Positions 26,236-37,760 of a DNA stretch of 64,000 nucleotides are shown one piece after another. Source of the stretch: the human T2T-CHM13v2.0 reference genome, Homo sapiens; the NCBI RefSeq assembly GCF_009914755.1, contig NC_060927.1; one strand, 5' to 3'. The position numbers and the translations under genes are program-made. Position 1 is the stretch's first letter. Every line of letters starts with the position of its first letter. The notes below the pieces were generated by a model. The model did not search any database. It was not told the DNA's origin and saw only the letters and a program-made list of their open reading frames with translations.

Positions 26236-27759
26236 AGGTATAAAATAATCTTGAAGGGATCCAAACTGATAGTTCTAAAAGGCTGATGCTGAGAAAGATA
26301 CAAAATGTGCTTTTACAAGGATATCATATCAATTATATTTTCCAAATGTATCTCTCTTATTGTTGTCGCTCCCCCTTCCCTGCCAATAAATAAATGCCAT
26401 TTTTTTTTTTTACCTCACTGTTAAAAGGTTATTAGACCCTTTTAAATAAGATCGGTCTGTTCAGTGACTGGGAATAACCAGAGTGTTAAAAAAAAGATGA
26501 AAAATTCAGAGGCAGAAGATAATTTCCAAGAATGAAAAGATATCTTAGAGAGACTCACAAAATGTTTCACTAAAACAGCAATAATTATTATCCATACCTA
26601 AGGAGTACATGCATTTGAGAAAAGGAAGGGCATGGAAAGTCTCTCAATACAATTTACAGTAGTACCTACTGAAAACTGTGCTGAGTTTACACAGAGTGTG
26701 GGAATTTTTACCACCAGTAACACCACGTGTCTGTTTTTCTGGTTTCTGAAAACCCCAAATAAATCCCACAAGCGCCTCTAAACTCCACCATGGAATTCTC
26801 ACACTTCTGAGTAAGAAGTTCAGAACAGAATAAAAACTTTGGATGCAGTATGTCTGTCTATAGTTTTTCCTATAATGCCTTGTCCCAGTTTTTGAAGAAA
26901 ACTGAATAAAAATTAATTCAAGAAAAAAAATGAATGAAATTACCTCAAATGGAATATTAAATTGAAAAATAATAGTCAAATTGCTCATAACCACTTCCTG
27001 TTAATTTTTTTTCTCTTTTAGAAATGGAGTAAGAATGCTTCAAATAAAAAACGTAAAACCCATCCCATCCCATAAAGGGCCCACTCACGTAAACAGGAAG
27101 CTTATTAAAAGAACTTTTCTTGGTTTCCTGGCAAAATCCAGCTTTTATTTTGGTGGCAGCATCTATTAAGGAGGAGACTCATTTTGTGGGCAGGATGAAA
27201 AATTAAACATTGCAAATCCATCAGGTACTTGCTGGATTAGAGTTAGTTGACTGACTTGTTGGCTACAGGGAACAAGGTAGTTCTGAAACCAAGGAACAAG
27301 CTGCCAAGGAACAGTCCAGCCCTGCCCAAAAGATGATGGTCTTCTCCATCCAGGCAGCACAAATCAACTCGAGGTTCCAAGAGGGCCAGTAGACGCCAGC
27401 CTACCTTACTGTAAAGTGTCTCACATGCATATCTAACTGTTCTCTCCTTTCCTTTACATTTAAATCCTGTTGTATTGGCTTCTCTGTTTTCCCTTTCCTG
27501 GAAGCGCTGTAGCGTAATTAAAAGAGTATGAGTTTTGGAATTTCAAAACTTGGTTTATAGTCCAGCCTCTGCCAAATACTGTGACATGTTACCTGCTTGA
27601 GCCATCATTTTCTGATATGTAGATTGGGACTAACAATTCTTCCTTAATCAGCTCAAGTTTCACAAAATATGGGTAAACATCACGTGACTCAAAATCAACT
27701 GAGGCAAAAATTCAGATGTCAATGGCCCTTTCTTGAATTATTAGAACCTCCATGAGCTA

Positions 27760-27832
27760 GAAATTCTTGGAATCTGAATTTTAAACTCACTCCCAAGTGA
27801 TTTCCATACACACAGAAGTTTGAGAACCACAT
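27760..27832 (+). mobile_element. MER5-type 3' fragment
   Basis: ggaatctgaattttaaac...cccaagtgatt...aagtttgagaaccac matches the MER5A end. Confidence 0.65.
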
Positions 27833-28114
27833 CCCACCTTGTCTTGTGTCAGGATTAAATAAAACCATATAGGTGAAACTTATCTGTAAATTGCATATCA
27901 AGACATGCTTAGCTGCTCTCAATAGTATCATTTTCCAGATAGCCCAAAGCACCAAAGTAAGGACAGCGGGCCATTTTCCCAAGATCTTTCTTCCAGCTTT
28001 TCCCTGCCATGCCAACAGCATTCTTCATCTTCAGGTAGGCAGGGCAGGTTCACTGGGGGTTGGGGTAGAGCTCAGCACTGTGACACAGGCAGTACTTCCG
28101 TAGAATTTCATTTA

Positions 28115-28246
28115 TGTGACTGTACCTACCCCACAGGGTGATATAAGGATTAATTCCTATTTGGTAATTTACTGTGTGTAAAATGCCTTGAGCCCCTTGG
28201 AGGAAAGTGCTATATAAATGTAAAATAATTATTATAATAATAATAA
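28115..28246 (+). mobile_element. Ancient CORE-SINE 3' end (MIR1_Amn/MIR3-like)
   Basis: taccccacagggtgatataaggattaa...tgtaaaatgccttgagccccttggaggaaagtgctatataaatgtaaaataattatta, followed by a (TAA)n tail. Confidence 0.55.
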
Positions 28247-29852
28247 CCTCGACTATTTAACTGATCAGTGAATTAGCCAGAAGATTTAGGCTGCCAAGGG
28301 ACAAGGCTGAAACCATTATAAGTAGAAACACTTTACATCATCATATCTCAAACTGTTATCACGAAAAAGGGAAACAAAGGGTGAAAATTAAGATAAATCC
28401 ATGTTCTCAACTGATTTAAATGACAGAGGATCACTAGTAATGATTCATGAAAGCCAGGAAATGCAAAAATGACAGCTGCATTGTAATTCTAACTCAGCCA
28501 CATGTCCTGAGGTTTTGTACACTTTGGTCTTTTATTTGTAGGGAAAATATCTCATCAGTGCAACATCTAAAATTTAGCATTATGAAGGCACTTGACTATG
28601 CTTTTGCTTAGTTGAAATACGTTCATAATGTATCCCCTATTTGTAGGTAATGATTTTTCTACCTAAAAAGCATTGACATTATTCTATGAAGTTCCAGGTA
28701 AATTTTGAATCGGTTGCTTACAATCTGCCTCCCCACATACACACCCTAAGAATACACTCTAACAAAACAATGGTGTATTTCTAGATCTAAATTTAGGAAA
28801 CCAAAATATATAGAAGATACCTTTTCTTCCCAGGAAGAAAATGCTTTGGTATATAAACTCACATGAGCTCAACCGTCTTCAGCTCTTACATTATTTGTTT
28901 TATTTATTTATTAGATTCATGAAGATTCTTCTACCAAAAGCTCAAGGGGCTGAACCCAGAACTTTCATATATTGAATGTGAATCACTTCTTAAACCACAG
29001 AAAGGAAAATAAAGGGCTATAGAAATCTTAATGGGCAAGCTCCAGATGCTCAAAAGCAATTGTTTAGTTACTCTACTTAGTTATGCATCATTCAAAACAC
29101 TTTCTAACAATCGGGCAAGAAAGGTTCCTTTGTGAAGAACAGGCTTTGGGGTCTTGGACAAGTTTTAATTCTAGTTGTTTTATAGCTCATACAAAATAGT
29201 TGTGGTGCATATGTAAAGAGGTACTGTACTTACATGCAATAAAGTTTGCAGATGAATATTTTGAAAATCAAAGAAAAGAAAACAAGGGGAGGAATGAGCA
29301 TGTGGTACCTTGCTCTATTTTTAATTATTAACTTGTAGCCTCAAAGATTTCCATTTAGTAGAAACACATGTAAACTACAATGAAGGAGTACTAGAAAATA
29401 AAGTCAATTGGTATAACTCAAATTATTTTGTAAAATGTGAAATTAAGCTTTAACCTGTCTATGTGGAAGGGTGATGAATAAATGAATGAATGAAGTAAAA
29501 AATCAAAGATACAGAGTTGTAACTGATTTTCTTTGCATGAAGTAGTAAATATTAATATTAGAAATATCTTTTGATTTAGATAAAACTGGCCTTGGGTATA
29601 TAATACACAACACTGAAAAACATTTCAAATGTGGTATTTGTTTAAATATATACATACATAAACACACACATACACACACAAGTCAAAAATATGGGTGTTC
29701 TGGTATAGTTTTCTGCCTTCAAAGGGTCTCTGGAAAAAACAGAAGAAAAGGTATCCTATAAACTGCTTTTGCTGAGGTCTCTAGTAGAGAGCAAATCGAG
29801 GCAAGTGCTGCCCAAAATAATCTCTATTACAAACATTTAAAAAATCTATCTT

Positions 29853-29897
29853 TCATATATATATATGAATATATATTATATATATTATATATATACA
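29853..29897. repeat. (TA)n-rich low-complexity tract
   Basis: Read directly. Confidence 0.85.
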
Positions 29898-30679
29898 CAA
29901 TATTTTTAATTTTTAATTTTATTTTATTTGCTGTATAGCTAACAGCATAGCCAATGCCCTGATCTTCTAGCCACACTGTAATTTCTTGTCCTTGCATCAC
30001 AACCCCAGCTGTAGTCATCAAAGTGGAAAAACTGACAGCATTGTCTGAAAGACACAGCTTGGGAAAATTGCTCCTTGTAGCTCCCCTGTCAATGAATATT
30101 ATCATATTTTTCTCATGGATAAGGTTACTGTGTTTTTTTTGCTGGGCCGGGGGTGGGGAGGCTTCTACATACTTAGCTACTAAGCACATTACCATTCCGT
30201 TTGTGGAATGGACTAAACGTGACAATGCGAGCTGTAGGGTTAGCATTCCCAACATTCTGTTTTAAAGTTTTTGTGTGTATATCTTCAAAAATAATATTCC
30301 TTTATGTATTCAGAAGAAGTAAAATCACAATTATATTTTACTTGACATTACTATTTTCTTAAGGAGGCTAACAGAAAAATCAATGGGTGGGCATAAAGAG
30401 AAAGAAATCATATGAGGCTACCACACATATTCTGTTACTGAATTTCTTTCACCTAAATATACAATGGAATGCTCTGAATTGTATGTTTTCTTTTCCCATC
30501 ATATTAAACTAAAGCAAAGTTCTTGGGCTGAAAGTAGAAAAACTGCACTTTAGTGTTCTAATGATCCACACCTTTCACATATTCACTTCGCTTACAATTC
30601 TAGATGCTAACTCAATAAGAAAGAAAGAAACAAATTCAGAGTATTTCAGTCACCAACAACAGCAGTAACAATAACAATA

Positions 30680-30905
30680 ATATTAATATCAGCTAATATT
30701 TATTTAACTCTTAGATATACTAGATGCCATTGTAATCACATGTATTAACTCGCTAAATCTTCACAACAACTCTACCAGAGAGTACTGTTATTACTCCGAT
30801 TTTATTGGTGAGGAAATAGAGGCACAGAGAGATCAGAAACTTGCCCAAGATCACACAGTCAGTAAGTAGAGGAGTCAGGATTCAAACCTAGGAAGCCAGA
30901 CTCTG
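30680..30905 (-). mobile_element. MIR
   Basis: gaggaaatagaggcacagagag...acttgcccaagatcacacag...aggattcaaacctagg. Confidence 0.88.
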
Positions 30906-31044
30906 TTACAGGATGAATATTTTGGTTGCTAAAGGCCCCATCTTCCTTACTTCTCCTGATCCTCTTCCCCAACTGATCAGCTTGCAGCATTCATTTGATC
31001 TTCTCAACAAATTACGTATTCATTTGCACACCGTCCATTTAGAA

Positions 31045-31262
31045 TAACACAGTAGTTAAAAACTTAGGCTCTGGAGTCTAATATGAGGGTTTACTGCCAC
31101 ATATTGGTAGTGCTTAACTTTTCTGTGCCTCAGTTTCCTTCTGTATAAAGTAGTAATAATAAAAGCAATTTCATGTATTTGTTGTGAGGGTTAAATGAGA
31201 TAATGTATGTTGGAGCTCAATGGAAGGTCAATGTTCTATAAACATTAAGTTCATTATTATTG
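31045..31262 (+). mobile_element. MIR
   Basis: ggctctggagtc...cttaacttttctgtgcctcagtttcctt...gttgtgagggttaaatgagataatg. Confidence 0.88.
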
Positions 31263-31558
31263 ATTTTTATCTCTTAATAAATAGAATCCCTTTTTCCAAT
31301 TAGATTGTTTTTCAGAAAAATTGTGAATATGAATCTTTTTTGTCTCGTGTAGGGGTTCCCAAATGTTCAATATGTTGAACTCTTAGATGTCCTAGGTACT
31401 ACTGAAATCACGTGTATTAACATTCATAACAACTCTGTCAGGTAATACTTACATTTACCCATAATATTATAAATGATATAATATACCAATGTCTAAAATT
31501 TAGTGAGAACTTACTCACTGGACAAGTGCATTATGGCATTATCTCATTCTCCCTCTAA

Positions 31559-31874
<316 letters not shown>

Positions 31875-32113
31875 AACTAGGGGATTTTTATAATCTCAAG
31901 TTTATGCAGGAGGAAACAGAAGCTCACCTCGGTCATCAGCTGGTAAATGTTCACAAATGTAAATTCTTAACCACAATGCCATACTACCTGCTAAAAAATG
32001 AATTTAAGGTAGATCTTTAGTAAATATATTTGGTCTTGATGATGAATCAATTGAATTCTTTATTTCTGTTACCAGAAACCTTGCACTTAACAATAAACTA
32101 ATGTGGCCTTGAC

Positions 32114-32442
32114 CAGCAGCCGCCAGTCCCCAGGCTTCAGACACTGGTACCTGTTAGGAACTTAGCTGTACGGGAGGAGATGAACAGTGGACAAGCAAGC
32201 ATTACTGCCTGAGCTCTGCCTACTGTCAGATCAGCAGCAGCATTAGATTCTCATTGGAGCACAAACCCTACTGTGAACTGTGTATGCGAGGGATTGAGTC
32301 TGCACACTCCTTATGAGAATCTAATGCCTGATGATCTGAGGTGGAACAGTTTCATCCTGAAACCATCCCCACACCTCCAGTCCATGGAAACATTGTCTTC
32401 CATGAAACTGGTCCCTGGTGGCAAAAACGTTGGGGGCTGCTG
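32114..32442 (+). mobile_element. MER1B (hAT-Charlie)
   Basis: tgagctctgcctactgtcagatcagcagcagcattagattctca...gagaatctaatgcctgatgatctgagg...aaactggtccctggtg. Degenerate 8-bp TSD gccttgac / gcccagac. Confidence 0.9.
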
Positions 32443-33857
32443 GCCCAGACAATATCACTCATTCTGTTAACTATTGAAAAGAGATGACTGTATGTCAGGT
32501 ACATGCCAAATACTGGAAATTTGAAAAATATATATATATACATTGTGGGTCTAAAACTGTATCATTAAAAGCAGCTAATGATTTAATATCATTTCATTTA
32601 CTATCATTTTCTGTTTACTCTTACAAAAATCAAACTTCTTCCTCTCCCCTTCCTCTCTCTGCCTACTCTTTCTTATTCCTTCTTTTAAATCAAAGTTTTA
32701 CAGTATTAACCTTACAAAGATTTTTGCCCATAAGAAGGTTATATGTTAAGGCAAGGAACTGTTTTAATTATATTTACTCTTCATTTTGAGTATATTTCTT
32801 TTTCATACCTGACAAAGACTTTTGAAATGACTAAAGAAAGGCAAAGCAATCTGATTCTTTATAAAAAAATCTTTCATATGCAATCTTTTGTCTGTAGTAT
32901 TCTCATAATAGCTTAGAAATTTTAAAAGAAGGTTTTAGCTGGTTTTGTTCTTTTCAAATTGGCAGAATTTGATTTTTTTCCTCTTCACATTTGGATTCAC
33001 TTTAAAAATCAACAAACAAGAAAATAAAAACATATTCAATTTAAAAAATATGCTCTCCATTGGTGCCTTGGCATCATCAACCAATATCAGCATCACTCTG
33101 AAAACCATTTCTATTCTGTTTTTAAAAAAAAGAGTTTTAAAATGCACACATAAAATGCACTTAAAATTGATCCTACTGTATTAAGGAGAGAGAAAATTTA
33201 AGGGCAATGGAGAGCTTTGCTGTAACCAACTCTTCAGTCAACTATAGGATATTGTTAATACTGCCTTCACCTCCACACTGAAGATATAGGTACCATTTTG
33301 ACTGTGCTTTTGAACAATATATAGCTAAAGATTTGAAGTGAGTAACTTCAAAGTCAGTAGTTTTCATGTATACGTCGCAGAATCACTGCATCTTATGTAT
33401 GACTTTAAGTTGTATTAAGCTGATAATTTCAAAAAGAGAGACTTTCAATGAAAGAAAATTCCTGAAATTTGGTCATTAAATGGTTCGAGTACGTAGAATT
33501 ACTTACAATGTAATGCCAAAGAAAGGTATATTGTATTTATCCAGAAAGCACGAGCATAAGAATGACCTCAGAAAGTTATTATAATTTATTACTTCATTAA
33601 AGATACATTTCTAGTCCATCTATTATGTGCTAGGCCTTATAATAGACAACAAAAATGCAAAGAACAACAAATGTGATCTGAAAAGTAGTAAAGGTTAGGG
33701 AAGATGGGACTAGTAAGAGAGAACAGAAGTAAGAAAATAAAGTGATTATAATTGTAACTGCCATGAGCTGAGGGCATATCATGCATTGAGGTAAGGTCCT
33801 AGGTGCTTAATATGAACAAGCCCTGCAAGACAGGTATCATAATCTTTGTCTCACAGG

Positions 33858-35129
33858 TGGTGTTGGGAAAACTGGCTAGTCATATGCAGAAAAATGAAAC
33901 TGGACCCCTTCCTTACACCTTATACAAAAATTAATTCAAGATGGATTAAAGACTTAAATGTAAGACCTAAAACCATAAAAACCCTAGAAGAAAACCTAGG
34001 CAATACCATTCAGGACACAGGCATGGGCAAAGACTTCATGACTAAAACACCAAAGGCAATGGCAACAAAAACCCAAAATTGACAAATGGGATCTAATTAA
34101 ACTAAAGAGCTCCTGCACAGCAAAAGAAACTATCATCAGAGTAAACAGGCAACCTACAAAATGGGAGAAAATGTTTGCCATCTATCCATGTGACAAAGGG
34201 CTAATATCTAGAATCTACAAGGAACTTAAACAAATTTACAAGAATAAAACAAATAACCCCATCAAAAAGTGGGCAAAGATATGAACAGACACGTCTCAAA
34301 AGAAGATAATTATGCGGCCAAAAAACATATGAAAAAAACCTCATCATCACTGGTCAATAGAGAAATGCAAATCAAAATCACAATAAGATACTATCTCACG
34401 CCAGTTAGAATGGCAATCATTAAAAAGTCAGGAAACAACAGATGCTGGAAAGGATGGGGAGAAATAGGAATGCTTTTACACTGTTTGTGGGAATGTAAAT
34501 ATAGTTCAATGATTGTGGAAGATAGTGTGGTGATTCCTCAAGGATCTAGAATCAGAAATACCATTTGACCCAGCAATCCCATTACTGGGTATATACCCAA
34601 AAAAATTATAAATCATTCTACTATAAAGACTCATGCACACATATGTTTATTGCAGCACTATTCACAATGTCAAAAACTTGGAACCGACCCAAATGCCCAT
34701 CAATGATTGACTGGATAAAGAAAATGTAGCACATATACACATGGAATACTATGCAGCCATAAAAAAGGATGACATCATGTCCCTTGCAGGGACATGGATG
34801 AAGCTGGAAACCATCATTCTCAGCAAACTAACACAGGAACAGAAAACCAAACACCGCATGTTCTCACTCATACATGGGAGCTGAACAATGAGAATACATG
34901 AACACAGCGAGGGGAACATTACACACCAGGGCCTATCTGGGGGTCTACGGCTAGGGGAGGGATAGCATTAGGACAAATACCTAATGTAGATGTTGGGTTG
35001 ATGGGTGCAGCAAACCACCATGGCATGTGTATACCTATGTAATAAACCTGTATATTCTGCACATGTACCCCAGAACTTAAAGTATAACTTAAAAGTTTTT
35101 TTAAAAAATATGTGATAAAATAAAAAAAA
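33858..35129 (+). mobile_element. 5'-truncated L1PA7-like element (ORF2 3' part plus 3'UTR), frameshifted
   Basis: [48 protein letters not shown]; 3'UTR aatgtagatgttgggttgatgggtgcagcaaaccaccatggc. No clear TSD. Confidence 0.9.
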
Positions 35130-35962
35130 GAATTAACCACAGTGCCTTGCCTATTCTTCTATAACAGTATCTATTTCACTCTATTTTATTTTGAAGCTAT
35201 TTATCTCCAAGTTTCTTTCTAGAATCTAAACAGTTAACAGCCTGAGGGCATTGACCTTGACTCTTGTCTAAGTTTTACAAACAAACAAACCAAAAAGCAC
35301 ACTGCATTGATATACTTGGCCAAGTAATGATGTCCAAATGCTACAATGTCACAACCAGTGCTCAGTAACTATTAGATAAATAAGATAGAGTCATTCACTC
35401 AATCATTCACTCCTGCATGTTTCACTTAGTAATCTTGTACGCTCATTGAATAAATTAAAAGCTGCTTTATGAAAATGTTTTCTGTTAATTTGAATAAAAA
35501 CCTTTACACATCAACTAGATACAAAAGAGAAATCTATTGTTTGACAATGATCGTTACTGAATCAAAAAACAGTGGGGCCATCTGCAGGGTACAGATCATG
35601 CTAGAGTCAGGGAAAACTGGTGATAAACTTCAGAAAGCCAAGAAATATACCAGCTTACAACTTAGCAGCACTGCCTCCACACAGTCTTCAGGTATTTATT
35701 GACTGTCTCACACTAATGCATGAGTGCCTGTGGTAATGGTAAAAGTATATAAATTTACTTGCCCAGAGATACTAATTGTTAAAACAAATACAACAATTTA
35801 ATGGCAATGCAAGAGAAGACAGACTAACATTTACAAAGCTATTTCTTGTTTAGGCAAGATAGTAGACTCTAAACATATATTATCTCATTTAAATTATCAT
35901 TTAAAAACCCTTAGATTGTTAGTATTTACCCATTTTAATTAAAAACATAACTGAGCGTATAA

Positions 35963-36263
<301 letters not shown>

Positions 36264-36459
36264 TGTAAATCTTGACAAAATTCCCAGAGGCAAAATTATT
36301 AGAAGGCTGGGAGCCAGGATTAAAAAACATAAAATCCTTGGCTTTTCCATTTATTTCACATTGCCTCTTCTTAGAATCCACTTCTACACCAAAGCAGTTA
36401 AAATCAATGTGGATTTGTATTTTAATAGAGGGTTTATGGAGTAGTGGGAAAGATAGCAA

Positions 36460-36700
36460 ATAATAACTATGTTTATTGAATACTACTGTTCCTAACATTT
36501 TGAACCTATCCAATCATTTAATCCTACAACAATCTTTTGGAAGTGAGTGCTATTATTATTATTGCCACTTTGTAACAGAGAAACTAAGCCAAAAAGAAGA
36601 TAAACATTTGAAAAGTCATAAAGCTAGTTAGCCGCTGTGCAGCTGAACTTGACAGCCTATAGCCCACAGAGTTTAACCATCATGCTATATTGCTTCATTA
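36460..36700 (-). mobile_element. MIR fragment (approximate)
   Basis: gtttattgaatactact...tcatttaatcctacaacaa...agaaactaagcc...taaccatcatgctatattgc. Confidence 0.7.
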
Positions 36701-37599
36701 GGTTGAAAGGTTATTAAATGAAATGGCTTAAACAAAGTTCTAAGCACATGGCATGGCACAGAGTAGGTCTTCATTAAATGTTAGTTTCTGTTTTTTCTTT
36801 AATCTCTAAAATTCTATAATAATAATACCTTTATTTTCAAAGTAATTCTGCTTTTTAAAGACTTTATGACATCTGATTTAAATTTCACAAAAAAAGGATG
36901 GTGAATGTGGAATAAATCTTCACAAAAATGACACTGAAGATTATTTAAAGGCATAGAATGTTACTCACAACACAGATTTAAGAGACAAAAGTAGAAACAG
37001 TGTTCACAGTGTTTTACCAAAAACAAAAAGGGTATATATGCACAGGAAAAAAAATGATTAGAAAGGTATATCCCCAAAGTTTGAAAACAAATTACTTCTA
37101 GACGATTGTGGGGATTTTAATCGTCCTCTTGTAATTTATGCTACGCACAGAATTCTACAATGCGTTTTGTATGCTTTCTATACTAAGAAAAAATAAAAAA
37201 GAAGAGTAGTACTCCTTTTTTGAGATCATAATACTGAGGGGGGAGAAAATCAGTAGAAATGTGTGAGATTTCACCCTCAGTGATAGAGCTGGAATAGAAT
37301 TCGCACTCTTCATCTCTAACCTACTGTGTTTTATCTGACCCTTATTTTCTATTCAGTGCTTACCATAATTGATGAATTCAAAAGTAATCTATGATGAAAA
37401 CCCCTGAAAGTGATTAGAGAGACTGTGATTGTAAATGTGGTATCAATCACTAACACAAAAGTCCCTTATAACTCATCAGGCTTCTTAAGTTGTTTATTCA
37501 AACCATTTGTTTCTGAGTCCAAACCAATAATATATGTGATAGACCGGATTACTTTCTCTAATTCTTCACTCCCTCTCTATAATAGAACTTTACATCCAT

Positions 37600-37760
37600 A
37601 AACTTTACCATATGACTTGAATGTAACTCTCAGTAGAGTATGTGTTAATGTGGGAGATGGGATATATATCTCTGTCTCTTGGCTTTGAGCTTGGTTAAGT
37701 GACTTGCTTTGACTAATGAAATATTAGTAAACATGAAATGAGCAGAGACTTTAGGTATTT
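37600..37760. mobile_element. MaLR (MLT1-type) LTR fragment
   Basis: cttggctttgagcttggttaagtgacttgctttgactaatgaaatattagtaaacatga resembles MLT1I/J. Confidence 0.55.

Noticed and set aside
29827-30255. 142-aa minus-strand ORF, the longest non-L1 ORF
   Set aside because: Runs through a (TA)n tract, has no recognisable domain and no bounding splice signals.
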